Assembly (NCBI GenBank): GCA_037443185.1
Contig: JBBIOV010000002.1
Location: 32,242-96,241 of the forward strand
Length of the DNA: 64,000 bases
Reading direction: 5' to 3'
Source: a bacterium
Lineage (GTDB): Bacteria > Patescibacteriota > Minisyncoccia > 2-01-FULL-47-10 > JBBIMT01
Each line of letters begins with the position of its first letter. The first letter of the stretch is position 1. The notes beneath the pieces are model-generated. The model was given only the letters and a program-made list of their open reading frames with translations, made no database searches and was not told the origin of the DNA. Shown one piece after another: positions 10,113 to 21,381 of this stretch. The position numbers and the translations under genes are program-made.

Positions 10113-10748
10113 TTACTTCTCCGCCTTCCAAGCAAAATACGAATACCAATAAAGAATAGTTAAAGAGGCAAATAAAATTAAAATGGTCAAAAGCAATGTT
10201 CCGCTTTGAGTAAATATCGTTAAAAAATTAAACAAAGAAGCGAACATAAAAACCACGCCAGCCGCTTTATGAGTTTTGCGCCAAACTGAATTTGACTCTA
10301 AGGTGTATGGGGTGCGAATACCAAAAAAATAATTCCTTTTCAGTAAAGGAAAATAATAAGCAAAAGCACCGTATAAAAAAGAAAAATTAAGCCCAATAAT
10401 GATTGAAGGTTTTAAGTAAAAATCGATTAAGTTTGAAAAAATAACAAAATCAACAAAAACCAGTAAAAATATCACAAGAGTTAAGCGCAAACCATACATT
10501 GCATCAGCAAACTCATGATAATTTTTCTCAAGAGGATCGTAATATGGCGCAAGCATCAATAAAAATAAAAACAAAAAAACGATACCATGCCCAAATAAAA
10601 TTACCAGATCCTTAGGCGCCCAGCCATTTACTTGGCCCTCATAAGTCCAATGAATTGATAAAGGATTTGGTAAAATAGGAGAAGCATAAAGCGCCAAAAT
10701 GAAGCTCGATAGGATTATTAAAAGAGGAATAAAATCTTTTTTTACCAT
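10113..10748 (-). CDS. SdpI family protein (DUF1648 + SdpI)
   Basis: LPNPLSIHWTYEGQVNGW and RNYFFGIRTPYTLESNSVWRKTH motifs. Start moved to ATG 10748, after the ndk stop. Confidence 0.88.
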   Translation of the reverse strand: MVKKDFIPLLIILSSFILALYASPILPNPLSIHWTYEGQVNGWAPKDLVILFGHGIVFLFLFLLMLAPYYDPLEKNYHEFADAMYGLRLTLVIFLLVFVDFVIFSNLIDFYLKPSIIIGLNFSFLYGAFAYYFPLLKRNYFFGIRTPYTLESNSVWRKTHKAAGVVFMFASLFNFLTIFTQSGTLLLTILILFASLTILYWYSYFAWKAEK

Positions 10749-10773
10749 ATTAATTTTACTTGCTGAGTTAAAT

Positions 10774-11364
10774 TTAAAACATTGTATCTTCTTCTGCTCT
10801 TTTATAATAATGAATTTCTGTTTCTTTAAACCAATGGGCAATTTCATGTTCGGCTTCAGTAGCGTCTCCGGAAGCATGCACAATATTATGAATTGCTCTT
10901 TTATCCATATTTGCCAAAATCGGCGAATCTACAGAGTAGTCTCCTCGAATCGTTCCCATTTCTGCTTGAGCTGGAATAGTTTTTCCAACTATTTTTCTAA
11001 CCATATCAATAGCGTGAATACCGCTAACGCAAACTGCAACGACTGGGCCTGAGGTCCAAAATTCTATTAACCATTCTTTTACTTTTTCCCCAATTTCTAA
11101 AGCATCAGAGGTTCCCATTTCTTTGATGGGATCTTTATTGTACTGGGTATAAGTCGCCAAAGTTTTATTACCCATACCTATTAGCCATTCCTCTTTTTTG
11201 GGTAAAAATTCTTCAATAAACTTTCTATCAGGAGTCACCATTTTAAGACCAATAATTTTTAGGCCTCGCTGTTCAATTCTTCTTAATACCTCGCCAATAA
11301 GACCTCGTTTGACTCCATCAGGTTTAACGATAATACAAGTTTTTTCTTCCTTTGGATGCGCCAT
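10774..11364 (-). CDS. ndk: Nucleoside diphosphate kinase (long form)
   Basis: IVKPDGVKRGLIGE, SGPVV, GTIRGDY, NIVHASG (phospho-His). Confidence 0.96.
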   Translation of the reverse strand: MAHPKEEKTCIIVKPDGVKRGLIGEVLRRIEQRGLKIIGLKMVTPDRKFIEEFLPKKEEWLIGMGNKTLATYTQYNKDPIKEMGTSDALEIGEKVKEWLIEFWTSGPVVAVCVSGIHAIDMVRKIVGKTIPAQAEMGTIRGDYSVDSPILANMDKRAIHNIVHASGDATEAEHEIAHWFKETEIHYYKRAEEDTMF

Positions 11365-11592
11365 ATTTTTCTAAAAATTTAAAAATAAAAAATTAAAAAT
11401 TTAGTTAATTAAATTATAATTCCTATTAAATAATTCGTCAAATGATTTAAAACAAAAATAATTTTTAATATTTATAATTTTGTAATACATTCATGGTGAT
11501 TTTTCGATTTTACAAAAAACAAATAAGTAAAAAAATTTTTAAAAAGTAACTTTATCTAGTTAATCTTATTTTTAATAAAAATGCTAATTGCT

Positions 11593-12471
11593 TTATAGTT
11601 TTGATTTTACCCAAATTTTTTCGCCGTTAGAATATAAAGTAATATCCCCTTTTTCATCAGTGCGCAAAATAATGCTCGGAGATAAATTTTTAATAACTTC
11701 GCTGTGCGGGTGACCATAAGGATTATTTTTTCCAACTTGAATAATGGAGATACCTGGAGAGGTTATTTTTAAAAATTCCGGAGATGATGATGTTTTTGAA
11801 CCATGATGAGCTACTTTTAAAACATCGACATTTAAGTTATTTTTAAATTTTTTCAATAGCGTTTTTTCTGTCGCTTGTTCAATATCTGAGGTAAACAAAA
11901 ATTTCCTTTTACCGAAAGTTAATATAAAAGAAGTCGCATAATTATTTTCATTTTTTACTTCTTTAAGAGAAATATCTTTTTCTGGATTGATAATTTCAAT
12001 CTTAATATTTTTTGCAATAAATATTTTTAAACCACTAATAGCTTTAAAAAGATGTACCTTTTTTTCTCTAAACTTTTCTATTAACAATTTATAAGATTTA
12101 GTATCACTAAAATTACCTCCAATTAAAGCAGATTTAACGGTTAATTGATCTAGTAAATTGATAAATCCAGAAATATGGTCACGGTCGGGATGAGTTGGGA
12201 TAATAAGGTCAATACTTTTATTATAAAATGGTAGTTCTTTTTTTATTTTTTCAATGATTTTTTCACCGGCTCCAGCATCAACTAATATTTTATATCCATT
12301 TGGCATTTTAATTAGTATAGCATCGCCTTGTCCAACATCGAAAAAAATTAATTTAAGAAAATTAATATTAGAAAGCTCGTTTTTGATGAAAAAAATTAAA
12401 GAAATATTAGCCAAAAAAATGGCTGTAATAATTATCTTTTTTACTCCTTTTACTTTAAATAATAATAACAT
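11593..12471 (-). CDS. ComEC C-terminal metallo-beta-lactamase-fold protein
   Basis: FFDVGQGDAILI, THPDRDHISG, LKVAHHGSKTSS, NPYGHPH, RTDEKG. Confidence 0.92.
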   Translation of the reverse strand: MLLLFKVKGVKKIIITAIFLANISLIFFIKNELSNINFLKLIFFDVGQGDAILIKMPNGYKILVDAGAGEKIIEKIKKELPFYNKSIDLIIPTHPDRDHISGFINLLDQLTVKSALIGGNFSDTKSYKLLIEKFREKKVHLFKAISGLKIFIAKNIKIEIINPEKDISLKEVKNENNYATSFILTFGKRKFLFTSDIEQATEKTLLKKFKNNLNVDVLKVAHHGSKTSSSPEFLKITSPGISIIQVGKNNPYGHPHSEVIKNLSPSIILRTDEKGDITLYSNGEKIWVKSKL

Positions 12472-12486
12472 ATTATCTATGAGTAT

Positions 12487-13662
12487 TTATGAAGTTGAAC
12501 CACGAAAGTTTTTAAATAATAAAACGAAAATGATAAAAATACAGTAATAAAAAAATACAAAAATTATATTACCTTGAAAATTTAAATTGATATAGCTTAT
12601 TGGATTTTGAGCAAAAAAAGAAATAGAACTAATTATAAAGCTAGATATAATATTCATTGGAAAACTAATAATATCAGCTAAAAAAGGAAGGGTTATTGAA
12701 AAAACGCCAAAAAATAAACTAATTAAAAGTAAAAAAGAAGAAAACGGTACAACTAATCCATTAATGAGTGGAGAAATGATTGAAAAACCGCCGAAATAAT
12801 AAATTAATAACGGCAACAGCAACAATTGAGCAGATATTGACAAACTTATTGTTGAGAGGATAAATTGAGGAAATTTCAATTTTTTGAAATATAATTCTAA
12901 TTTTTCAGCAAAAAGTATAATACCAAGTATTGATAGAAAAGAAAATTGAAAGCTAATATCTTTAATTAAAATTTCAGGATTTTGCAAAATCATTATGGTA
13001 GCTGTAATCAAAAGAGAATTTAAGGGAGTTGAGGTAGAAAATATTAAACGCCCCCCTATTGTAAATAAAACCATAATCATTGCTCTAACAGCTGAAGGAG
13101 GCGCTTGAACAAAAATCGTATAAAAAATTAAAAATATAGATAAAATGAAAAATGATAATTTTCGCGAAAAACCGAAAAAATAAAAAACCCAATGAAGAAT
13201 TATCGCGAAAATCGTCATATTAAACCCTGAAATTGCCACAATATGTCGCGTCCCTGTTTTATTTAAATCCTCTTTAAATTTCTTATCAGTAATACTTTCC
13301 TGCCCCAATAAAAGTCCTTTTATAAATTCAGACTCTGGCGGAAAAAAATTTTCATTTATAGCCTGTAGTATCTTTTGCCTATATAAATCTATGTATCTTA
13401 TTTTTAATGACGACCAGAAAAATTTTTCGTTTTTTTGGTAAGTATCAGCTCTTAAAAACCCTAACAGAAAAATCACCACAAAGATACCAATAAAAAATAA
13501 TCTTCTATCTAAAAACGATAGAGAAAAAAAGATAAAAGCAATATTAATCAAAAACAAATAAAAAAGGAAGTTTCCCTTTAACAAAGAATTTAGGCCAATG
13601 CCGGCTCCCAAAATAAAGCTTAAAAAAGTAAATAAAAAAATTCGTTGCACAGAAAATGCCAT
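12487..13662 (-). CDS. comEC: ComEC/Rec2 competence channel (membrane domain)
   Basis: GLLLG, GTRHIVAISGFN, PSAVRA, ISFQFSF; multi-TM. Confidence 0.92.
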   Translation of the reverse strand: MAFSVQRIFLFTFLSFILGAGIGLNSLLKGNFLFYLFLINIAFIFFSLSFLDRRLFFIGIFVVIFLLGFLRADTYQKNEKFFWSSLKIRYIDLYRQKILQAINENFFPPESEFIKGLLLGQESITDKKFKEDLNKTGTRHIVAISGFNMTIFAIILHWVFYFFGFSRKLSFFILSIFLIFYTIFVQAPPSAVRAMIMVLFTIGGRLIFSTSTPLNSLLITATIMILQNPEILIKDISFQFSFLSILGIILFAEKLELYFKKLKFPQFILSTISLSISAQLLLLPLLIYYFGGFSIISPLINGLVVPFSSFLLLISLFFGVFSITLPFLADIISFPMNIISSFIISSISFFAQNPISYINLNFQGNIIFVFFYYCIFIIFVLLFKNFRGSTS

Positions 13663-13964
13663 AAACCAATCATTATAAGCCCTTTTTCTTATATAGCAAG
13701 ATATAATATTTGATATGTCAAAAATTAACTAAAAAAGTAAACTTTTTTGAAAAAAATTAGATTTAAATACTCAAAAAAGCAAACTAATTTCAATTAATTT
13801 ACAATTTCTAAAATCTTGTTTAATTAAAAACTTATTGATAAAAAATAAGGTTAACTAAATAGCTTGCAATTAATTCTATTTTTTTGCAAAATATGGGCTA
13901 CAAAAATATAAAAAACCCCGAAGAAAAATTTCGGAGTTTTTCAAAATTCATCTATATTTATTTT

Positions 13965-16373
13965 TTATTCACATTTAGAATAACTACAATCGCGACACAT
14001 AAAACAACCATTTGTAAACATCAACACTCCCCCACATTGAGGACAAAAGTCTTTATCTCTATTAAATAAAAAGCCATTACTGTTTGTTAATGAAGAATTA
14101 GGAGATTCTTTTTTATTTATCTGATTTGAAGGTATATTAATTGTTTTTTTATTGTCTAAATTAATCAAAGGTAGTTGGTCGCCTTTTAAATATTTCTCCA
14201 TTGCCTTGGCGATGGCATCCGGAACAGAAAATATAACTTCATTATCTTCCTGCACCACAGGACGAGAACCACGAATATATTTTAAAGCTTCAATAATGTC
14301 TTCAGGTCTTACTGAAGATCTTAAAGCAAGAGAAATGAGTCTACCCATTGCTTCTGCAAATGACATTGGCACCGATCCTGATCTTCCTAAATGAATGAAA
14401 ACCTCAAAAAGTCCTTTGTCGTCCTCATTGATAGTGATAAAAGTGCTACCCATTTCTGTTTTCATTTTATATGTTTTTCCTTTAATTACTCTTGGCCTTG
14501 GGCGCGGACCTACCGGCATAAGAGAAGGAACAAAATTTTTTTCTTTTTGCAAAGCTGCCTCTTTTTCTGTTAATAAAATACCCTCACGAGAACCTTCCCG
14601 ATACACTGTTATTCCTTTGCAACCTAGTTTCCAAGCGTAAAGATATATTTTTTCAACTTCTTCAAGGGAGATATCTTTTGGTAAGTTAACTGTTGAAGAA
14701 ATAGAATGATCTATATGTTTTTGAATAGTCGCCTGCATCTTGACTCGCATTTCTGGCTTCATTTGGTGACTAACCACAAAAATATCAGGTAAATCTTTTT
14801 CTTCTTTAATATTGTGAAAATCCATATACTCCTTTACTATAGGATGATAAACTTTAAATTCATTTTTTGTTAATGATTTTGATTTTCTGACATAACTTAA
14901 AGCAAAAATTGGCTCAATACCGCTTGATACTCCGGCTAAGGCGGATCCAGAACCAACTGGCGGAACTGTCAATAAAGCAGCATTTCTAATTCCTCCTTTT
15001 TTAATCTTAGCAATAACTGTTTTGCTTAATCTTTGAATGAATGGCGATTTTAAATGTTTGGCAGCTTCAAAAGCCGGAAAGACGCCTTTTTCTAAAGCGA
15101 TATTACAGCTTTCATCATAAACAAAATTTTTTATTTTTTCGAAAAGTTTATCAGTAAATTCAACAGTTTTATCATCATCGTATTTTAAGTTAAGTTTAAT
15201 AAACATATCGCCTAATCCTGTAAATCCAACTCCGATACGCCGAGATTTTAAAGAGGCTTCGGTTTGTTCTTTTAGGGGATGTCGCGGAGCGCTGTAATCT
15301 AATACATCATCCAAAAATCTTGTAGCGTACCTTAAGGCTTTTTCGAGATTTTCCCAGTCTACCGAAGCTTTATTGGTGAATGGATTTTTGACAAAGTGAA
15401 CTAAATTAATATTTCCTAAACAACAACAGCCATATGGCTCAAGAGGAATTTCAGCACAAGGATTTGTAGTAATAACTTCCATTCCGTTGTATTCTGTAGT
15501 GGACTGACTTTTAACATTATCCCAAAAAATTACTCCTGGTTCTGCTGAAGCATGAGCGGCTTTAATTAATTTATCCCAAATTTCTCGAGCTTTCACTTTC
15601 TTTTCAATGAGCCCAGTTTTTTCACTTTCATATCTTAAAGTAAAATCTGCATTTGCCTCCACTGCTTTCATAAATTCATCAGTCACTCTAACTGAGATAT
15701 TAGCGTATTGAACGCGTCTTCTTTCAGAATCATTTTTAATATCTATAAAATCTAAAACATCAGGGTGGTCAACTGAAATGGTAATCATTAAAGCACCTCT
15801 GCGACCAGCTTGGCCTATGGTGCCTGTAACGGTAGAAAAAATTTCCATAAAAGAAACTGATCCCGTAGAATAAATAGCGCTGTTATTTACCGGCGCACCT
15901 TTAGGGCGCAAAATAGAAATATCAACCCCCATTCCTCCGCCAAAAGAATATGTTCTTGCAGCCTCTTTACACCAATCAAAGATTGCCTCTATTGAATCTT
16001 CTTTGATCGGAATAACATAACAGTTCAGTAAAGTAGCGCGGCGCGGCTGACCAGCCCCAAACATAATACGCCCCCCAGGAACAAAACGAAAATTTTCTAA
16101 CAACCAATAAAAATTTTCTTCCCATATTTTTCTCAGATGAGGTTTTTCCACTGATGATATTTCGCGGGCGATACGGCGCCACATTTGGGGAGGAGTAGTT
16201 TCGACTATATAACCATCTTTATCTTTTAAAGCGTATTTATCTAAAAAAACTCTTACTCTTAAATCATCTCCTTTAAAATATTCAAGGGTTTCCGGTGGAG
16301 TATCGCCAACTTTAATTTTTTGAATGCCTGGCGCGGCAATAAGAGAACCTGGGAAAAAATTTTGGGTGTCCAT
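13965..16373 (-). CDS. nrdJ: Adenosylcobalamin-dependent class II ribonucleotide reductase with C-terminal TSCPD/Zn-ribbon
   Basis: LLNCYV, GRRGALM, TNPCAE thiyl Cys, PPVGS, SSGIEP, GCKGITVYREGSR, terminal CPQC..CFMCRDC..KC. Confidence 0.95.
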   Translation of the reverse strand: MDTQNFFPGSLIAAPGIQKIKVGDTPPETLEYFKGDDLRVRVFLDKYALKDKDGYIVETTPPQMWRRIAREISSVEKPHLRKIWEENFYWLLENFRFVPGGRIMFGAGQPRRATLLNCYVIPIKEDSIEAIFDWCKEAARTYSFGGGMGVDISILRPKGAPVNNSAIYSTGSVSFMEIFSTVTGTIGQAGRRGALMITISVDHPDVLDFIDIKNDSERRRVQYANISVRVTDEFMKAVEANADFTLRYESEKTGLIEKKVKAREIWDKLIKAAHASAEPGVIFWDNVKSQSTTEYNGMEVITTNPCAEIPLEPYGCCCLGNINLVHFVKNPFTNKASVDWENLEKALRYATRFLDDVLDYSAPRHPLKEQTEASLKSRRIGVGFTGLGDMFIKLNLKYDDDKTVEFTDKLFEKIKNFVYDESCNIALEKGVFPAFEAAKHLKSPFIQRLSKTVIAKIKKGGIRNAALLTVPPVGSGSALAGVSSGIEPIFALSYVRKSKSLTKNEFKVYHPIVKEYMDFHNIKEEKDLPDIFVVSHQMKPEMRVKMQATIQKHIDHSISSTVNLPKDISLEEVEKIYLYAWKLGCKGITVYREGSREGILLTEKEAALQKEKNFVPSLMPVGPRPRPRVIKGKTYKMKTEMGSTFITINEDDKGLFEVFIHLGRSGSVPMSFAEAMGRLISLALRSSVRPEDIIEALKYIRGSRPVVQEDNEVIFSVPDAIAKAMEKYLKGDQLPLINLDNKKTINIPSNQINKKESPNSSLTNSNGFLFNRDKDFCPQCGGVLMFTNGCFMCRDCSYSKCE

Positions 16374-16565
16374 AGTGGGTAGGATTAAAAAATTAATAGA
16401 AGTATTTACTCAATTAAAGTAAAAAAACAAAAAACAGATATAATCTTTTTTATTAGTAAGAAAAAATTCAAAAAAACCAAAAAAATTCCTACATAAAAAT
16501 TTTAGTGGGAATTTTTTAAAACGCAAGGTCGTTTTAAAAAAGCTTTAAAATAAAAGCCAAAGTCA

Positions 16566-17816
16566 TCAGTATTTTTTTTGATCTGTTGGTTGATTTAGTT
16601 TTTTTCTAATAAAAGCGGGAATGTCAAAATCTTGTTCTTCATTTTTTTTCTCCTGTTCCTGAGATTCAATCCCTAAACTTTGGTCAAAATCTATTTGAGT
16701 GAGTTGATCAGAAGATTCAAGTCGAATTTTTGGCAATTCGTGTTTAGGAGTAAGTAATTTTTCGGAGGTAGTTAATTTTTGCGGCATTCTTGTTTTCTCA
16801 GATGATTTATAAATTTCTCTTACTTCCTTGATTTTACCAGTTCTCATTTGCGCTTGCCCTTGATAATCAAAACCGGTAGCAATAACTGTTATTTTGATAT
16901 CCCCTTTCTTTAAAGATTCATCATAAGTAACTCCGAAAATCACTTTAGCGTCAGGATCAATAGAATCAGTAATTTGTTTTGCTGCTTGAGCCACTTCTGC
17001 CATAGTTAAATCTTCATTACCGCTAACATTAAATAAGACTCCTCTGGCGCCTTCAATTGATATCTCAAGAAGTGGCGATTGAATTGCGGCAAGAGCTGCT
17101 TTAACCGCTCGCTCTTCTCCGCTGGCTACGCCGATGCCCATTAAAGCAGATCCAGCATCTTGCATAATCGCTCTTACATCCGCAAAGTCCACATTGATAA
17201 TTCCAGGATAAGTTATTAAATCAGAAATGCCCTGTACCGCTTGTCGCAAAACATCATCAACGATTCCAAAAGCCTCTCTTAAGGTAGTTTTTTTCTCAAT
17301 AATGCTAAGCAATCTATCATTTTGAATAGTAATAAGAGTATCAACTTTTCCTTGTAGTTCTTCTAAAGCTTCTTTAGCAATTTGGGTTCTTTGTGATCCT
17401 TCAAAACTAAAAGGTTTAGTTACCACACCAACTGTCAAGGCTCCTAAAGATTTAGCAATTTCAGCGACTATTGGCCCCGCTCCGGATCCTGTGCCACCGC
17501 CAAGACCACAAGTAATAAACACCATATCAGCTCCTTCTATTATTTTTTCTATATCTTCTTTATTTTCTTCTGCTGCTAATCTGCCAAGCTCCGGATCCAT
17601 TCCAGCACCAAGTCCCTTTGTAACATTTTTCCCTATGTGAAGTTTAGTGTTGGCTTTAGTATGATGAAGATCCTGAGCATCAGTATTAATAGCAATAAAT
17701 TCAACACCGCGGATTCCCTTTTCAATCATATGCTCAACGGCATTACCTCCACTTCCTCCTACTCCTATCACTTTTATAGAAGCAAAAGATTCAACTTCGG
17801 GTTTAACAAAAGGCAT
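16566..17816 (-). CDS. ftsZ: Cell division protein FtsZ
   Basis: [31 protein letters not shown]-terminal DIPAFIRKK. Confidence 0.99.
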   Translation of the reverse strand: MPFVKPEVESFASIKVIGVGGSGGNAVEHMIEKGIRGVEFIAINTDAQDLHHTKANTKLHIGKNVTKGLGAGMDPELGRLAAEENKEDIEKIIEGADMVFITCGLGGGTGSGAGPIVAEIAKSLGALTVGVVTKPFSFEGSQRTQIAKEALEELQGKVDTLITIQNDRLLSIIEKKTTLREAFGIVDDVLRQAVQGISDLITYPGIINVDFADVRAIMQDAGSALMGIGVASGEERAVKAALAAIQSPLLEISIEGARGVLFNVSGNEDLTMAEVAQAAKQITDSIDPDAKVIFGVTYDESLKKGDIKITVIATGFDYQGQAQMRTGKIKEVREIYKSSEKTRMPQKLTTSEKLLTPKHELPKIRLESSDQLTQIDFDQSLGIESQEQEKKNEEQDFDIPAFIRKKLNQPTDQKKY

Positions 17817-18006
17817 ATATTTAACAAATAGATATCTAGATATTAATAAAATCTAGTATCTAAAATGATTAATAATTTAAATTTCAACAAACTGAAAACT
17901 TAAAATTGACAACGAAGTCTTTTTTTCAAAAAAATTAAAAACCTTTATATTTTAAGTATAAAGGTAAATAAAAGAAAGTCAAGATTAATTAAAAATAAAT
18001 AAAAAA

Positions 18007-19245
18007 CTAAGGAATAAGGTTTTTAAAAAATGAGACGAAACGATTTTTAAAATTTGAAATTCCACTTCGTTCAAAAACAGATCCTCTTTCAGAATCATAA
18101 AAAATCGGTTGATTTAAAGATGACGCTATCAATCCAATTGCTCTAGCAAAAGTAGGATCAGAAGCAAATTCAGTAACACCTTTTAAGTTAATAGGCAAAC
18201 CAATGCGAGCCGGTAACATAAGTTCTTCTTTAGCCATTTCCAACAATCCTTCAAGCTTCGAACCTCCACCGACAAAAATAGCTCCTGCCGGAAGAAATCC
18301 TTTCCTGTTAATCCTTTCAAGATCTTGATTAATTAATTCGAATATTTCTTTCATTCTAGCTGATATTATTTCAGAAATATCTTGTCTTTTAACGCGCAAT
18401 TTTTCATCAACTCCCAATTCACTTAAATCTATAAATTCTGTTTTTCTAATTAGACCAGGTAAACACGATCCGTATTTTAATTTTATTAACTCAGCTGTAT
18501 CCAAATCAGTGCGAAGACCTATCGCTATATCATTAGTAATATGCGTTGAACCTACAGGAAAAATATTTAAATGAAAAACCTCTCCATCTTCATAAACCGC
18601 TATACTGGTAGTCTCAGCTCCAAAATCAATCACTACTACTCCTAATTCCTTTTGTCTTTTTCCAATAACTGATTCAGCTGAAGCTAGTGGTCCGGGTTCA
18701 ACATTAATTACCTTTAAATCGCATTCTTCTATTGATTTAGTTAGATTACGTAAAAAGGGGGTTGAAGCGCTTACAATGATGGTATTAGCTTCAAGTCTAA
18801 TACCACTCATTCCTACAGGATTTTTGATACCTTGTTCTTCGTCAATATTAAAAAATCTGGCAATAACTTCAATAACTTCCCTATTAGGACTTAGATGTAC
18901 AGTTTGAGCGGCTTTTAATGCTCTTTCCACATCAGATTGCGATATTTCTTTATCAGCGCGAGATACCGCCACTACTCCTCTGGATTCTTGAGCCTTAATG
19001 TGCGAACCATTCAATGCAACATTGACATTTTTTATTTTGACTCCGGTTAAATTTTGAATTTCAACAACAGCCTTCTTGATAGCATCTTTAGCATCAGCAA
19101 TATCAATCACAATACCTCTTCTTATTCCTAAAGACTGAACTAAAGAAGCTCCCAATATTTGCAATTGGTTGTCTTTGCTAATTTGCGCCGTAGCGATTTT
19201 AATATAATTTGAACCGCAGTCAATCCCTGTAATGATGTTAAGCAT
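18007..19245 (-). CDS. ftsA: Cell division protein FtsA
   Basis: GIDCGSNYIK, NPVGMSGIRLE, IDFGAETT, HITNDIAIGL, GGGSKL; upstream of ftsZ. Confidence 0.96.
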   Translation of the reverse strand: MLNIITGIDCGSNYIKIATAQISKDNQLQILGASLVQSLGIRRGIVIDIADAKDAIKKAVVEIQNLTGVKIKNVNVALNGSHIKAQESRGVVAVSRADKEISQSDVERALKAAQTVHLSPNREVIEVIARFFNIDEEQGIKNPVGMSGIRLEANTIIVSASTPFLRNLTKSIEECDLKVINVEPGPLASAESVIGKRQKELGVVVIDFGAETTSIAVYEDGEVFHLNIFPVGSTHITNDIAIGLRTDLDTAELIKLKYGSCLPGLIRKTEFIDLSELGVDEKLRVKRQDISEIISARMKEIFELINQDLERINRKGFLPAGAIFVGGGSKLEGLLEMAKEELMLPARIGLPINLKGVTEFASDPTFARAIGLIASSLNQPIFYDSERGSVFERSGISNFKNRFVSFFKNLIP

Positions 19246-19287
19246 AAAAAACCTTAATGAAATAAAAATACTAAATTCTTAATCAAT

Positions 19288-19683
19288 TTAGCATTGTTTT
19301 ATTTTTTTAATTATTTGTTCTTCTAATTTTTTCATTTTCAAATAAGATTTCTGATTTCGATGATGAATACCAAAATAATGTAAAAGACCATGAATAAAAT
19401 ATTTTAAAAGATCTTTTGGGGGTATAACTTTAGGACATAACACAATCTCCCCTTCAATAACCCTGGCGCTTGACTTGTAAACGAAAGTTAAAACATCTGC
19501 TGGTTTATTTCGGTTTTTATAATTTTTGTTTAGTTTTTGAGCTAACTTTTTACCAACTAAAACAACTGATAAAATACATCTTTTTTTTTCTTTTAAATGA
19601 GATTTAGCAAGCTTGAAAATGTTTAAAAAAAAACCCCTGGCGAACTTCTTTTTTGTAAAATTACAAATTACAATTTCATCCAT
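19288..19683 (-). CDS. ybeY: rRNA maturation endoribonuclease YbeY
   Basis: LNKNYKNRNKPADVLTF, GEIVLC, HGLLHYFGIHH. Confidence 0.88.
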   Translation of the reverse strand: MDEIVICNFTKKKFARGFFLNIFKLAKSHLKEKKRCILSVVLVGKKLAQKLNKNYKNRNKPADVLTFVYKSSARVIEGEIVLCPKVIPPKDLLKYFIHGLLHYFGIHHRNQKSYLKMKKLEEQIIKKIKQC

Positions 19684-19703
19684 CTATTTTAATTATCTAA
19701 TTT

Positions 19704-20873
19704 TCATTGAGCATTAATATTTTTAAGGTGATTGTCAATGATTTTTTGGAATTCTTCATAGGGCAAAGCTCCGGATAATCCTTGGTTATTTATCAAAAAA
19801 CTAGGAGTCCCGCTTACTTTGAAATTTTCTTGCCCTTCTCGCAAATCTTCCAAAATTAAATTCTTAATCTTTTCATCGTTTAAACATTTTTTAAATTGAT
19901 TTTTATTTAAAGAGATTTTTGAAGCAAGATTGACTAAGTAATCCTGAATTTTATCTTTTGATAAATTAGACCACTCAGGTTGGGTAGAAAAAAGTAAATC
20001 ATGCATTTGTACAAATTTTCCTTGGATATGAGCGCATCTAGCTGCCTGAGCCGTAATATTAGCGTTTTCATGAAAATTTAAAGGGAAATCTTTAAATACA
20101 ATTTTTACTTTTTGAGTATCTATATAGTTAAGCTTAATTTGGGGTAAAGTTTGCTCAGCAAATCTTTTGCAAAATGGGCATTGATAATCAATAAATTCGA
20201 TAATCGTTAAAGGGGCATCTTTGGATCCAAGCGAAGGATGATCTTGAGTAATATTTGGCTTTTGAAAAAATATATCAGGAGATACTCCTATTATTGATAT
20301 ATCTAAAGTATAATATTGACCCTTTTTATTTAATAATGGTTCAAGTTGATTAAAATTTTTAAAACCTCTAATGCTATCATCAAAAAAAACCATTGGCAAA
20401 CTAGACACTGTAAAATCAGTACTTAATTTTTTACCAAGACTATCATTTAAATCAATAATTTTTGTCTGGACTGTTGGCGAAAGTGCTGAACGCAAGACTT
20501 GCTCAATTTGAGAAGGGTTACAGGTAGCACATTTTTTATCAGTTAATATATAAGCATTAAACACTGGTTGATCAATTTTTATCCAAGAAGTGCCTGAAAA
20601 AGATATGAGATTGCTATTTTTTAAAGCGCTCACCGGTACCGCAAAAGGCGGGATAAAGTTGACCAATAAAGACCCTACAAAAAGTCCAATGAACAAATAA
20701 GCAATAATTTTCCACTTGTTTAATTTTTTATCAGAATAAAAATTTTCTTTGATACTTGAAGAGTTATCTTTTAAAGAAAAATTTAAAACATCAGAACTGA
20801 AATTTCCAGGAATATCTTTGTTATTTAAATTGTCAGCTTTGGATAAGTCTTGAATATTCATTTTAATTGCCAC
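19704..20873 (-). CDS. Membrane-anchored DsbA-family thioredoxin-fold protein
   Basis: TM segment, CATC-containing domain, then GSKDAPLTIIEFIDYQCPFC, FPLNFH, VSGTPSFLIN. Confidence 0.9.
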   Translation of the reverse strand: MAIKMNIQDLSKADNLNNKDIPGNFSSDVLNFSLKDNSSSIKENFYSDKKLNKWKIIAYLFIGLFVGSLLVNFIPPFAVPVSALKNSNLISFSGTSWIKIDQPVFNAYILTDKKCATCNPSQIEQVLRSALSPTVQTKIIDLNDSLGKKLSTDFTVSSLPMVFFDDSIRGFKNFNQLEPLLNKKGQYYTLDISIIGVSPDIFFQKPNITQDHPSLGSKDAPLTIIEFIDYQCPFCKRFAEQTLPQIKLNYIDTQKVKIVFKDFPLNFHENANITAQAARCAHIQGKFVQMHDLLFSTQPEWSNLSKDKIQDYLVNLASKISLNKNQFKKCLNDEKIKNLILEDLREGQENFKVSGTPSFLINNQGLSGALPYEEFQKIIDNHLKNINAQ

Positions 20874-21066
20874 AAGCTCCGCCTACTAAACTAGAATTAC
20901 CGTTTCCTTGGTAGGCGCTGCTTGAATAATTTAAATTTTTTATCTTAAAAGTCTTAACCATGCCAATATTTAAAAGCGAAAACGGCGCGGCTAATTTAAT
21001 TATCACCCCAATAATAATTCCCATTGCTAAAAATAAAATAAAATTTTTATTGTTTAATTTCATCAA
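20863..21066 (-). CDS. Small hypothetical membrane protein
   Basis: One TM helix; overlaps both neighbours in operon fashion. Confidence 0.55.
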   Translation of the reverse strand: MMKLNNKNFILFLAMGIIIGVIIKLAAPFSLLNIGMVKTFKIKNLNYSSSAYQGNGNSSLVGGACGN

Positions 21067-21274
21067 ATTTGCCTAATTTTTTAAGTTTTTCTATTTCTGA
21101 CCTAATTTTTAAACGATTTAACGCCGCTCTTCTTTTAAGACGTCTGCTTTTTTCTTTTACTCTGAATTTTGATTGTCGAACTTCATCGACCAACCCACTT
21201 TTTTTAACATACTCGGAAAATCTTCTAATTAAGGCGGCGACATTTTCGTTAGCTTTTCTTTTGGCATCGACCAT
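21047..21274 (-). CDS. rpsU: 30S ribosomal protein S21
   Basis: NENVAALIRRFSEYVKKSGLVDEVRQSKF..KSRRLKR. ATG 21274 preferred over GTG 21289. Confidence 0.8.
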   Translation of the reverse strand: MVDAKRKANENVAALIRRFSEYVKKSGLVDEVRQSKFRVKEKSRRLKRRAALNRLKIRSEIEKLKKLGKFDEIKQ

Positions 21275-21381
21275 AAAATTTTCACACACTCCTTTCTTTG
21301 TTCAATTATAACACTTTAATAATAAAATTAAATACTTTTTGCTAAATTATAAATCAAAAGACTTAAAAGTGAATAAAAATT

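Noticed and set aside
16374-16565. Cobalamin riboswitch or NrdR box upstream of nrdJ
   Set aside because: The spacer is short and very AT-rich with no B12-box; no convincing NrdR palindrome.
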